This document shows positions 15,736-24,344 of a stretch of DNA of 39,699 nucleotides, piece after piece. The DNA is from Dongiaceae bacterium. Lineage in GTDB: Bacteria > Pseudomonadota > Alphaproteobacteria > Dongiales > Dongiaceae. A model generated the notes under the pieces. That model had not been told where the DNA came from, searched no databases, and saw nothing but the letters and a program-made list of their open reading frames with translations. The stretch is from the NCBI GenBank assembly GCA_041482855.1, contig JBGPEQ010000001.1, positions 1 through 39,699 of the forward strand. The letters are read 5' to 3'. Every line of letters begins with the position of its first letter. Positions within the stretch are counted from its first letter, which is position 1. Both the position numbers and the translations under genes were made by a program.

Positions 15736-16884
15736 ATGCGGATGACGAACGATCGGTCGCGCCTGTTGAAAGCGGTCCGGCTTGCCGGCGCCGTGCTGGC
15801 GCTGTTGCTGGTCGGCGCGCTCGCGCCGGCGCCGGCGGCGGCGCAGGTGCGCATCAAGGATATCGCCAGCTTCGAAGGCGTGCGCGACAACCTGCTGGTC
15901 GGTTACGGCCTGGTGGTCGGCCTCAACGGCACCGGCGACAACCTCTCGAATTCGCCGTTCACCCAGCAGTCGATCATCGGCATGCTCGAGCGGCTCGGCG
16001 TCAACATCCGCGGCGAGAACTTCAAGCCGAAGAACGTCGCCGCCGTCATGGTCACCGCCACCCTGCCGCCGTTCTCGCGCGAGGGCTCGCGCATCGACAT
16101 CACCGCCTCCGCCATCGGCGACGCCAAGAGCCTGCAGGGCGGCACCCTCCTGGTGACGCCGCTCATGGGCGCCGACGGCCAGGTCTACGCGGTCAGCCAG
16201 GGCCCGGTCGCCATCGCCGGCTTCAGCGCCGAGGGCGACGCCGCCAGCGTAACCAAGGGCACCCCCACCAACGGCCGCATCGCCAGCGGCGCCGTGATCG
16301 AGCGCGAGATCCCCTTCGCGCTCTCCGACCTGCAGCAGGTGCGGATCGCCCTCCACAATCCGGATTTCACGACGGCCTCCCGCATGGCCGCGGTCATCAA
16401 CGCCAAGCTCGGCGGCCCGGTCGCGCAAGCCACCGATCCGACTACCGTCACCATGACGGTCCCGCAGAGCTATGGCGCCGACGTGGCGCGCCTCATCACC
16501 GACGTCGAGCAGCTGCGCCTCATCCCCGACCAGGTCTCGCGTGTCGTCATCGACGAGCGCACGGGCACCATCGTCATGGGCGACAATGTGAGCATCAGCA
16601 CGGTCGCGATCTCGCAAGGCAACCTCACGGTCCGCATCACCGAAACGCCCCAGGTCTCCCAGCCCGAGCCGTTCAGCCAGCAGGGCGACACCGCGGTGGT
16701 GCCGCGCACCAACGTGGACGTAACCGAGGGCGGCACCGGCAACATCGCCATCGTCGGCGGCGCCTCGCTCAACGACCTCGTCCAGGGCCTCAACGCGCTC
16801 GGCGTCACGCCGCGCGACATGATCGCGATCCTGCAGGCGATCAAGGCCGCGGGCGCGCTCCAGGCCGAAATCGAAGTGATGTAG
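15736..16884 (+). CDS. flgI: Flagellar P-ring protein FlgI
   Basis: 382 aa. Signal peptide ending APAAAA|QV, then VRIKDIASFEGVRDNLLVGYGLVVGLNGTGD, SAIGDAKSLQGGTLLVTPL, and C-terminal LNALGVTPRDMIAILQAIKAAGALQAEIEVM. An alternative ATG is at 15742. Confidence 0.95.
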   Translation: MRMTNDRSRLLKAVRLAGAVLALLLVGALAPAPAAAQVRIKDIASFEGVRDNLLVGYGLVVGLNGTGDNLSNSPFTQQSIIGMLERLGVNIRGENFKPKNVAAVMVTATLPPFSREGSRIDITASAIGDAKSLQGGTLLVTPLMGADGQVYAVSQGPVAIAGFSAEGDAASVTKGTPTNGRIASGAVIEREIPFALSDLQQVRIALHNPDFTTASRMAAVINAKLGGPVAQATDPTTVTMTVPQSYGADVARLITDVEQLRLIPDQVSRVVIDERTGTIVMGDNVSISTVAISQGNLTVRITETPQVSQPEPFSQQGDTAVVPRTNVDVTEGGTGNIAIVGGASLNDLVQGLNALGVTPRDMIAILQAIKAAGALQAEIEVM

Positions 16885-16895
16885 GCGAAAGCGCC

Positions 16896-17207
16896 ATGGA
16901 TCCCATCGCCGCTAAACCCGCTGCTGCGCAGCCCGCCACGGCCCAGCCGGCCGCGCCCGCCATCGACCGCAACAGCCCCACCTACAAGGCGGCGCAGGAT
17001 TTCGAGTCCGTGTTCCTGGGACAGATGGTCGAGCAGATGTACACCGGCCTCGATGCGAAAGGCCCGTTCGGCGGCGGCTTCGCGGAAAAAACTTACCGCT
17101 CCCTGCTCGATCAGGAAATCGGCCGCCAGATGTCGGCCAGCGGCGGCGTCGGCATCGCCGATGCGGTCTATGCGGAAATGGTCAAGCTTCAAGGAGGCGT
17201 GAAATGA
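16896..17207 (+). CDS. flgJ: Rod-binding protein FlgJ (N-terminal domain only; CheL-like)
   Basis: 103 aa. Rod_binding motif AAQDFESVFLGQMVEQMY..FAEKTYRSLLDQEIGRQMSASGGVGIAD. No muramidase domain. Confidence 0.8.
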   Translation: MDPIAAKPAAAQPATAQPAAPAIDRNSPTYKAAQDFESVFLGQMVEQMYTGLDAKGPFGGGFAEKTYRSLLDQEIGRQMSASGGVGIADAVYAEMVKLQGGVK

Positions 17208-17620
17208 CGCGCGCAGCGGCCGACCTGATGGCCAGCATGAAGGCGCTCACCGACGAGGTCGAGGCCGAGACCGGCCTCTTGCGGCGCGGCGAGTTCGCGG
17301 AGATCGGCGACGCCGTGGTCCGCAAGCAGCAGGCGGCGACCCGCTACGAAGAGGCGCTCAAGGCGTTCGCGGCCCAGGCGAAGGTTGCCATCAGCCTGCC
17401 GGAGCGCCTGCGCCGCGACCTGCGCGCCGCCGCCCGGCGCCTGGAAATCGTGCTGAGCGACAACAGCCGCCTCGTCGCCGCCAACCGCGAGGCCAGCACG
17501 CGCCTCATCGGCCGCATCATCGAGGCCGCCAGCCAAAACCCCGCCGCCGGCGGCTACACCGCGGCCGGCAAGCTCGCCGTCGAACCCACCGCCGCCACCG
17601 CCTTCGGCGAACGGGTGTAG
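17204..17620 (+). CDS. FlgN/FlbY-like flagellar protein (function uncertain)
   Basis: 138 aa with an ATGA overlap with flgJ. All-helical, Ala/Arg/Glu-rich (LMASMKALTDEVEAETGLLRRGEFAEIGDAVVRKQQAATRYEEAL). It occupies the position of flbY in the Caulobacter flgI-cheL-flbY operon (established gene order). Family not verified. Confidence 0.45.
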   Translation: MTRAAADLMASMKALTDEVEAETGLLRRGEFAEIGDAVVRKQQAATRYEEALKAFAAQAKVAISLPERLRRDLRAAARRLEIVLSDNSRLVAANREASTRLIGRIIEAASQNPAAGGYTAAGKLAVEPTAATAFGERV

Positions 17621-17651
17621 CAGGGGCGACCTGGCGCGGCCGCGCCGCTTC

Positions 17652-18251
17652 CTACACGAACATCAGCGCCAGCGACGCCACCAGCAGCAGCGCCATCGCG
17701 ATGTTGAAGGCCCGCAGCGCCCAGCGCGTCTGCAGCAGGCGGCCGATCGCAACGCCGAGCGCGGCCCACAGCGCCACCGCCGGCAGGCCGATCGCGCCGA
17801 AGATCAGGGCGATCGTGACCGACTCCAGCATGAGGTCGCCGCCGGCCGTCGTGTAGGTGCTGATGGCGCCTACCGCCATCATCCAGCTCTTCGGATTGAG
17901 CCATTGAAAGAGCGCAGCCTGCAGGAAGGTGAGCGGACGCCCGACCGGCCGTGCGGCATCGGACGTGGTCGGTGCCGCCGTGGCGATGCGATAGGCGAGA
18001 TAGAGCAGGTAGGCCGCGCCGCCGTAGCGCAGCAACTCGTGGATGACAGGAAATCGCTCGAAGATCTCGCTCAGGCCCAGTCCGATCGTCGCCACCATGA
18101 TCGTGAAGCCGATCGCGATCCCCAGCATGTGTGGGACGGTGCGCCGGAAGCCGAAATTGGCGCCGGAAGCCGTGAGCATGATGTTGTTCGGCCCCGGCGT
18201 GATCGACGTCGCGACCGCGAAGGTGACCAGCGGCCCCAGAATTTCCGTCAC
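17652..18251 (-). CDS. LysE/RhtB-family amino-acid exporter
   Basis: 199 aa with a GTG start. Signature ATSITPGPNNIMLTASGANFGFRRTVPHMLGIAIGF and about six hydrophobic segments. Confidence 0.85.
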   Translation of the reverse strand: MTEILGPLVTFAVATSITPGPNNIMLTASGANFGFRRTVPHMLGIAIGFTIMVATIGLGLSEIFERFPVIHELLRYGGAAYLLYLAYRIATAAPTTSDAARPVGRPLTFLQAALFQWLNPKSWMMAVGAISTYTTAGGDLMLESVTIALIFGAIGLPAVALWAALGVAIGRLLQTRWALRAFNIAMALLLVASLALMFV

Positions 18252-18330
18252 GTCTTTCTTCCGCGCAGCAAGGACGATCCGGCTTCTTTCTGCCGGATCG
18301 GCCGCTTGACGTCACCTTTTTACGTCGGGA

Positions 18331-18852
18331 TCAGGCGGCGGGGAGGGCGCGCGCAGGAGTCCGCAGCGATTGGGGCGCCGCCAGGCGGCGGGCGAACGGG
18401 CCCGATTTGAAGAGGAAGAGCACCAGCACCATGTCGACCAGCCGGCCGTCGCTCGAGAGCGGCAGCATGATGCGGTCGACGTCGTATTTCCGGCCGGTGA
18501 TGAAGTTGGTGAAGGGTTCGAGCGAGAACAGCGGTTCGGCCGTGGTGACCACCTGCTCGAACTGCTGCATGACGGCCGTGTTGGTCTTGAAGAACGATAC
18601 ATCGTCGAAGGAGCGGCCCGTGCGGTCCTCGCCACTGGCGGTGACCACATGGGTGCCGACCAGCCGATAGCGATAGCGCCGCGGCTCGTGGGAAACCTCG
18701 ATCAGCATGATGTCCGGCAGATAGCCGGCGGGAATCTGCAATGGATCGATGTCGCAGCGCGACGGCATCGGCCGTTCGCCGCGCAGGGTCGCCCAGTAGT
18801 CGTAGAACCGGACCAGGTCCGGCTCGCTCAGTTGTTCGCGAAAGCCCGCCAT
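18331..18852 (-). CDS. PAS-fold protein (PAS_5/DUF1457-like, stand-alone)
   Basis: 173 aa. Pattern LVRFYDYWATLRGERPMPSRCDIDPLQIPAGYLPDIMLIEV..RYRYRLVGTHVV is typical of the alphaproteobacterial stand-alone PAS_5 family (recalled from memory). Confidence 0.65.
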   Translation of the reverse strand: MAGFREQLSEPDLVRFYDYWATLRGERPMPSRCDIDPLQIPAGYLPDIMLIEVSHEPRRYRYRLVGTHVVTASGEDRTGRSFDDVSFFKTNTAVMQQFEQVVTTAEPLFSLEPFTNFITGRKYDVDRIMLPLSSDGRLVDMVLVLFLFKSGPFARRLAAPQSLRTPARALPAA

Positions 18853-18970
18853 TGGTCGTCACTGCATCGGGGCCGGTGCGGCGGCGCCGCATTCGCCGGC
18901 ATTTGCGCAGATTACGCAGCGAATATTAAGGATGTGTCACCAAGGTGTGTCGCCGCCGGCGGCCTGCCGT

Positions 18971-19417
18971 TCACGCCGACCGCCCGAGCCGCGCCGGCTC
19001 GGCCACCTCCTCGGCTTCGCCGGCCTCCCGGTACACCTCGGCGCGGATCACCTCATCGGTGATCTCCGCCAGATGGTCCGTGAGGGCGGCGTTGATCTCC
19101 GCGAACTCCGGCCACAGCACCTGGTCGAGGAAGGATTGCGGCACTTTCACCACCACGCTTTGCCGGTGCATGCGCGGATAGCGGAAGGGGCGCAGCCCAT
19201 AGCGCCGGCAAAGCGCGACGAAGAGACGTCGCGACCACAGGTCGGGCAGGCTGAAGCGGACCTCCACCGCCCGCTCCCGCCCCTCGCTCTCGCGCAGGCG
19301 CCCGCGGATGCGGTCGGCCGCCGCCCCGGCTGCCGCCCGCTCGCCCGCCGTCGCCGCGCCCGCAAACAGCGCCTCGATCTTGCGCAGCTTCTCCTTGAGT
19401 GTCGATTCACCCGCCAT
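18971..19417 (-). CDS. Hypothetical protein, likely co-transcribed with lrp
   Basis: Track ORF 18971..19621 trimmed to ATG 19417-19415 (MAGESTLKEKLRKIEALFAGAATAGERAAAG..). The upstream part of the track ORF overlaps the lrp coding region in another frame. There is an 11-nt gap after the lrp stop. No family recognised. Confidence 0.5.
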   Translation of the reverse strand: MAGESTLKEKLRKIEALFAGAATAGERAAAGAAADRIRGRLRESEGRERAVEVRFSLPDLWSRRLFVALCRRYGLRPFRYPRMHRQSVVVKVPQSFLDQVLWPEFAEINAALTDHLAEITDEVIRAEVYREAGEAEEVAEPARLGRSA

Positions 19418-19428
19418 GCGCGGGCAGT

Positions 19429-19923
19429 CTACGGCGATTCGCCGGCGGCGCGATGCTCGTCGTTCAGCGGTGGCAGCCGCCGCTTCACCGGCGAGGACTG
19501 GACGATCGAGGTGTTGGTCTGCGCGAACGGGACGATGCGGTCGATGAGCCGCTCCAGCGCCTCGACCGAGCGAACGTGAGCGCGGGCGATGAAGCAGTCG
19601 TCGCCGGTGATGCGGTCGCACTCGACGATCTCCGGCAGCTCCGCCAGCAGCTTCGCGACCGTGCCGGTCTGGCCGGCAGTCGGTCGGATGCGGATATAGG
19701 CCGCGAGCGCATAGCCGAGCGCCGATGGATCGATCTCGACCGTAAAGCGCCTGATGACGCCGGCCTCCTCGAGGCGTTTGAGCCGCTCGGCCACGCTTGG
19801 GGCCGCCATGCCGAGCGCGCGGGCAAGGTCGGCGATGGAGGTCCGGCCGTCGGCTTCCAGGCGGTGCAGAAGCCGGGCGTCGACGGCATCGATATCCTGG
19901 TCTATGTATCGAAGGTGTTTCAT
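19429..19923 (-). CDS. Lrp/AsnC-family transcriptional regulator
   Basis: 164 aa. HTH DAVDARLLHRLEADGRTSIADLARALGMAAPSVAERLKRLEEAGVI plus a C-terminal ligand/oligomerisation domain (IRIRP..VAKLLAELPEIVECDRITGDDCFIARAHV). Confidence 0.9.
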   Translation of the reverse strand: MKHLRYIDQDIDAVDARLLHRLEADGRTSIADLARALGMAAPSVAERLKRLEEAGVIRRFTVEIDPSALGYALAAYIRIRPTAGQTGTVAKLLAELPEIVECDRITGDDCFIARAHVRSVEALERLIDRIVPFAQTNTSIVQSSPVKRRLPPLNDEHRAAGESP

Positions 19924-19982
19924 ACGATTTGTCAGTTTTTCAAATGCATTCAGGAAGGTTCGTCTTCCATCCTGTATACAGT

Positions 19983-20430
19983 ATGCGAGAATCGCCTGTC
20001 ATTGTACAGGCATGTTGCCGTCGACTCGCCCTGTCCCGTGCCGCCCAGGCCGTGCCGCCGCAGCTGTGGTTCCTGGTCAGCGCCGTGTTCCACTATCTCG
20101 GCCCATCCTTCGCGGTCCCTCTGTTCGCGCGAGTGGATGTGCTGGGCGTGGCCTGGTTTCGCATTGCCGGCGCGGCCGTCGTCTTCGCGCTGTGAACCCG
20201 GCCCTGGCGGGTCTTCGCCGCCGCCTCGCGCCGCACCCTCGCCCTGCTGCTGTCGCTGGGTGCCTGCCTGGCCGCGATGAACAGCGTCTTCTACCTGGCG
20301 ATCGCCCGCCTGCCGCTCAGTCTGGTCGCCACCATCGAGTTCGTCGCCATCATCGCCGTCGCCCTGTTCGGCCTGCGCTCGGCCCGCAACTACGCGGCGC
20401 TGGCGCTGGCTGCCGCCGCGGTCCGAGCTT
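19983..20430 (+). pseudogene. Decayed EamA/DMT (RhtA-like) exporter gene: in-frame TGA plus 3' truncation
   Basis: One reading frame gives ..PPQLWFLVSAVFHYLGPSFAVPLFARVDVLGVAWFRIAGAAVVFAL, then TGA (20193-20195), then TRPWRVFAAASRRTLALLLSLGACLAAMNSVFYLAIARLPLSLVATIEFVAIIAVALFGLRSARNYAALALAAAAV. That covers about 5 TM of an expected 10, and EamA-like sequence ends near 20430. The true start is uncertain: ATG 19983 or in-frame GTG 20052. Divergent from lrp. Confidence 0.7.
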
Positions 20431-20454
20431 CTGCTGGCGGAGATCCGCGACCTG

Positions 20455-20886
20455 CTAAAGAAGTGGGGCGCGCGGCGAACGAGGTCCAAGACATCGCTGG
20501 ACCAATGCAAGCAGCTTGGCGGCTTTGAATGGCTTGGTGAGTGTCTGCGTGGCGCCAAGCCCGCGGGTCATCCGCAAGAAGTCTGGATCGAGGTGAGCGC
20601 CGCCTGAAGGGCGCGAGCAGCTGCCGGTCATCGAGATGATCGGCGTATTGGGAGAGATCTCGCGGATCTCCCTGATTGTTTGCAAGCCGTCTTTCTGCGG
20701 CATGAAGACGTCGCAGACAACGAGGTCGAAAGGTTGCTCCTGAAACAGCCGAATCCCGTCGTCACCGTGAACCGCCAGGATCACCTCATGCCCACCGCCC
20801 TCTAGCATTGCCCTGACGGTCTCGCGCAGCAGGTCGTCGTCGTCGATTACAAGTATGCGAGCCACGGCTGGGTTCCCCCACTCCAT
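20455..20886 (-). CDS. Single-domain CheY-like response regulator
   Basis: Track ORF trimmed to ATG 20886-20884 (MEWGNPAVARILVIDDDD). Canonical receiver residues: DDDD, phospho-acceptor in FDLVVCDVFMP, IISMTGS, LTKPF. 143 aa with no output domain. Lies 78 nt downstream of the hybrid kinase. Confidence 0.88.
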   Translation of the reverse strand: MEWGNPAVARILVIDDDDLLRETVRAMLEGGGHEVILAVHGDDGIRLFQEQPFDLVVCDVFMPQKDGLQTIREIREISPNTPIISMTGSCSRPSGGAHLDPDFLRMTRGLGATQTLTKPFKAAKLLALVQRCLGPRSPRAPLL

Positions 20887-20964
20887 GATTCGCCTCAACC
20901 TTCCCCGGTGAGAAAATACGCCTTTGGCGATGCCGATCAAAGCGGCTCGTACGCCAGTGTCGCG

Positions 20965-23313
20965 CTATGCATCCAGGGCTTCACGGACTTTCAACGCCAG
21001 GTCCTGGCGGCGGAACGGCTTGGGCAGGAAGTTCACGCCGGGATCGAGCTTGCCCTGGTGGATGATGGAATTCTCGGTGTAGCCGGAGCTGAACAGCGTC
21101 TTCAGGTTCGGCCCGCGACGCATGGCGTCCTCAGCCAGCTGGCGGCCGGTCATTCCGCCGGGCATGACGACGTCGGTGAACAGCAGATCGATCGATTGGT
21201 CGCTGTCGAGGATCTTCTTTGCCGAAGGTCCGTCCATGGCTTCGATCACTTGATAGCCGAGGTCGCGCAACTGCCCGGCCACAAAGGCGCGGACGTCCGC
21301 GTCATCCTCGACCACCAGGATGGTCTCGCCGCCACCCGGCTGATCGGCAGCGGCCGGGCTTGCCGTTGCTGCCGCCGCTGCACCTTGCGACTGGCGGGGC
21401 AGGTAGAGCCGTACCGTCGTCCCGTGGCCGACCTCGCTGTAGATCTTCAGGTGCCCGCCGGATTGCTTGGCGAAGCCGTAGATCATGCTCAGGCCCAGGC
21501 CCGTGCCCTTGCCGACGCCCTTGGTCGTGAAGAACGGCTCGAAGGCCCGCTCCACCACCTCCGGCGGCATTCCCGTGCCGGTGTCCGTCACCGCCAGCAT
21601 GGCGTAGTCGCCTGGCTTCACTTCGGCATTGTGCGCGGCATAGTCTTCGTCGAGGTGGACGTTGCCGGTCTCGATCGTCAGCTTGCCGCCTGTCGGCATG
21701 GCGTCGCGCGCGTTGATGGTGAGGTTCAGCAGGGCGCTTTCCACCTGCCCCTTGTCGGCCAGGGCCGGCCACGGCTCGCGCGCCAGCTTCAGCTCGATCT
21801 CGATGTCTTCGCCCAGCGTCCGCCGCAGCAGGTCTTCCATCCCGCTGGCGAGCCGGTTGCAGTCGAGGCTCTCGGGAATCAAGGTCTGCCGACGCGAGAA
21901 GGCCAGCAACTGGGCGACCAGCCCGGCGCCGCGCTCGGCGGCCTTCAGCGATCTCTCGATCACTGGCCGCATCTCCGGCGACACGCGCTCGACGGCGAGA
22001 TCGAGGCTGCCGATGATGACGGTCAGCATGTTGTTGAAGTCGTGCGCCACCCCACCGGTGAGCTGGCCGACGCTCTCCATCTTCTGGGCTTGGCGCAGCT
22101 GGCCCTCGGCCTCGCGCAGCCCGGTCACGTCGCGGCCGGCCGCCAGGATGTGGAACTGGCCGTCCTGCGTGAACGGCACCGCATGGATCTCCGCCGTCCG
22201 CGTCCGGCCGTCCAGCCCGACCAACCGCATTTCCGCGACCGGCACGGGGCGGCGCTCGGTCGCGACCGTGCGCGTCCGCTCGATGGCGCGCTCCCGGTCG
22301 TCGGGATGCAGCAGCGAGAAGATCGATCGACCGTGCAATGCGGCTGGCCCATCGGCACCGAACAGCTTGGCCGCCGCCGGATTCGCGAACAGGATGGTTC
22401 CGTCGCTGTGGATCCAGATCGCCTCCTGGATCAGTTCCACGACGTTGCGGTAACGATGCTCGCTCAGCTCGAGCTGTTGCGTCCGCTCGCGGACGCGACG
22501 CTCCAGATCCTCGTTCGCGCGCGCGAGTTCCCGCTCGGCCCGGATACGATCGAGCATGTCCAGGGAAGCCATCTGCATCAGGGACAGAAGCAGGACCAGG
22601 TACCCGACGATCTTGCCGAGATGTGCCACCATGGCCTGCGTATCGTGCGGCGCCCGCGAATACAGCATGGATACGTGAGCAAGAAAGAGCACGGCCGCCA
22701 TGCCCGCCAGCGGCCGCAGCAGGCGGTCCGCGGCGCGCCAGCGCCAGGCCGCCAGTCCGACGATTGCCCACAACACCGGCGCCGGGATCAGCGCCGGACG
22801 GGTAATGCCCAACGGCCCCGGCGGGGTATAGGTCGGCAGCCATTGAAAAGCTGCGAACAGCGCTGCACCCACGACCACCACGGCCATGGCAAGCTTCAGC
22901 ACGCTCTCCTCGCCGCGGCGCAGCAGCCAGATCGAGCCGCCGACGCCGATCGGCAGCACAAGCGCCGCCGGCGGCCAGGTCGACGGCCGCAGGAAGCCCT
23001 CGGCTTCCGCGATAGGGGCTAGGAACCCGAACCACTCCACGGTGACCACCACGTGCACGAACTCCAGCAGGAACGTCATCGCGAAGCTGAGGGCGAGCCA
23101 GCGGGGAAACGCCTGGCCGATCCGCCCGCCCATGTCCCAGAGCAGGAGTGCCAGCACGCCCGACAGCAGGCACATGCCGGTGTCCAGGATGGTATGCAGG
23201 TCGGGATAATCCCGGCGCCCGACCGCGAGCAGCAGCCCGCCCGCAAGGCCGAAGGCGAGCAGCGCTCCCACGGCGCTGCGCGGCAGGTTCGGTCTATCGG
23301 CTGGCTCGTTCAT
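20965..23313 (-). CDS. Membrane-bound hybrid sensor histidine kinase (multi-TM sensor, PAS, HisKA, HATPase_c, receiver)
   Basis: 782 aa. About 7-8 hydrophobic segments in the first ~250 aa, then a coiled coil. PAS ([32 protein letters not shown]). H-box [26 protein letters not shown] boxes ([38 protein letters not shown]). C-terminal receiver ([26 protein letters not shown]). Confidence 0.92.
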   Translation of the reverse strand: MNEPADRPNLPRSAVGALLAFGLAGGLLLAVGRRDYPDLHTILDTGMCLLSGVLALLLWDMGGRIGQAFPRWLALSFAMTFLLEFVHVVVTVEWFGFLAPIAEAEGFLRPSTWPPAALVLPIGVGGSIWLLRRGEESVLKLAMAVVVVGAALFAAFQWLPTYTPPGPLGITRPALIPAPVLWAIVGLAAWRWRAADRLLRPLAGMAAVLFLAHVSMLYSRAPHDTQAMVAHLGKIVGYLVLLLSLMQMASLDMLDRIRAERELARANEDLERRVRERTQQLELSEHRYRNVVELIQEAIWIHSDGTILFANPAAAKLFGADGPAALHGRSIFSLLHPDDRERAIERTRTVATERRPVPVAEMRLVGLDGRTRTAEIHAVPFTQDGQFHILAAGRDVTGLREAEGQLRQAQKMESVGQLTGGVAHDFNNMLTVIIGSLDLAVERVSPEMRPVIERSLKAAERGAGLVAQLLAFSRRQTLIPESLDCNRLASGMEDLLRRTLGEDIEIELKLAREPWPALADKGQVESALLNLTINARDAMPTGGKLTIETGNVHLDEDYAAHNAEVKPGDYAMLAVTDTGTGMPPEVVERAFEPFFTTKGVGKGTGLGLSMIYGFAKQSGGHLKIYSEVGHGTTVRLYLPRQSQGAAAAATASPAAADQPGGGETILVVEDDADVRAFVAGQLRDLGYQVIEAMDGPSAKKILDSDQSIDLLFTDVVMPGGMTGRQLAEDAMRRGPNLKTLFSSGYTENSIIHQGKLDPGVNFLPKPFRRQDLALKVREALDA

Positions 23314-23530
23314 AGCGCTGGCCTGGAAGCGGCCCCGAAAATGGACTCAGCAATTTCCGCTGCACGAGGTTCGATCGCGGCCGCGGGCCGAGACGGAGGC
23401 GCAGAATGGCGTAGCTACAATTCGCTGCGCCGAATTATGGGCGCGGAGGGCGGCACAGCGCAAGCGACATACGCTCCGCCGCCACTCGACTGCGGCAAGA
23501 GCGTCAGAGGGTCGGAGTATCGGGGGTCGG

Positions 23531-23998
23531 TCAATCCCGCAGGCCCGCGAGCGGCGGGCCGGGGATTACGTCGCGGTCGATGTTCCGGGCCAGCGTGATG
23601 CGCGGCCGGCGGCCGCGATAGGGATTGATGCAGTGCACGAACGGGCTCGGGAACAGGATCATGGTGCCCGGCGCCATCAGCGGCAGCTGCGGCGTCGTCA
23701 CCGAACCCGGCCGGATGCCGCAGCAGGCATCGACCCGCGGATCGACGAACATCAGTTGTCCGGCATAGGCGTCCCCGGCATCGCCGTCGCCGGGGTCGAC
23801 GCTGTAAACGATGCTGGCTGCCGTCCGCTCATGGCTGTGCGGCATCGCATAGTCGCTGGCGCGATAGACATTGGCCCAGCTGAAATGGATGCCGGCGCTG
23901 TCGCTCTTCAGCAGGTGCTGGCTGATCGACTGATCGGCTGTTCGGTGGCAAGCGGACGCGGATTCTGCTGTCGATAGCGAATTCTGCTTGACCGCCAT
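23531..23998 (-). CDS. 2OG-Fe(II) oxygenase-like protein (PF13759/TIGR02466-like, short form)
   Basis: 155 aa. Pattern SWANVYRASDYAMPHSH..ASIVYSV..GQLMFVDPR..APGTMILFPSPFVHCINPY..PRITLARN follows the W-x-N..H-x-H..F-x-DPR..FPS-x-x-H..R-I-S-x-x-F-N layout. The N-terminal region is shorter than I remember for this family. Confidence 0.5.
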   Translation of the reverse strand: MAVKQNSLSTAESASACHRTADQSISQHLLKSDSAGIHFSWANVYRASDYAMPHSHERTAASIVYSVDPGDGDAGDAYAGQLMFVDPRVDACCGIRPGSVTTPQLPLMAPGTMILFPSPFVHCINPYRGRRPRITLARNIDRDVIPGPPLAGLRD

Positions 23999-24027
23999 CG
24001 CATATGTTCGTATAATGTTCCCACAAT

Positions 24028-24056
24028 ATTTGACGTCGTGGATAGGTCTTGGTCAA
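24028..24056 (-). promoter_or_regulatory. Candidate sigma70-type promoter for the 2OG-oxygenase-like gene
   Basis: The minus strand reads TTGACC-N17-TCAAAT, ending about 30 nt before ATG 23998, inside a locally AT-rich patch. This is pattern only. Confidence 0.3.
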
Positions 24057-24344
24057 CGTCGTTCCGCAGACGGCCGGTGGTAGTTGCCGGCGAAGCTCGA
24101 CCGCCCGCCACCGGGCGGGGGAGGCGTGCATCCGCGCATGGCCGACGCGCCCCTGCTGCCGGCGTTAACTTCCTTTACATGGGGTCGTTATTCAGATTTC
24201 CGGAATAATGGCAGCAATGCTGACCCGAGTGAGGCCGCCCGGCGGCTTGTGCCCGCATCAAGCGGATCGTCTTACGCGTTTCCCATAGGGTTGAATTGGG
24301 AATCTCGCGATTGGATACCTCTCGCCTGTGACGAGAGGGGCAGA

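Noticed and set aside
14283-16617. 390-aa plus-strand ORF over flgE/ftcR and 316-aa minus-strand ORF over flgI
   Set aside because: These are antisense shadows of well-supported genes. The 14283..15455 ORF also runs through the AT-rich intergenic region, where its codon bias collapses.
18971-19621. Full 216-aa version of the ORF downstream of lrp
   Set aside because: The first 68 codons overlap the lrp coding region in another frame and are Arg-rich. The internal ATG at 19417 lies 11 nt after the lrp stop.
20908-23173. 704-aa plus-strand ORF (20908..23022) and 623-aa alternate-frame minus-strand ORF (21302..23173) over the hybrid kinase
   Set aside because: Both are Arg/Gly/His/Pro-rich and motif-free. 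The third frame (20965..23313) carries complete PAS, H-box, N/G-box and receiver signatures.
17621-24344. Interpreting the 6.7-kb non-flagellar block as a genomic island or mobile element
   Set aside because: I found no integrase, transposase, tRNA target or flanking direct repeats by eye. The coding regions look GC-rich like their neighbours. I report it only as an interruption or rearrangement.
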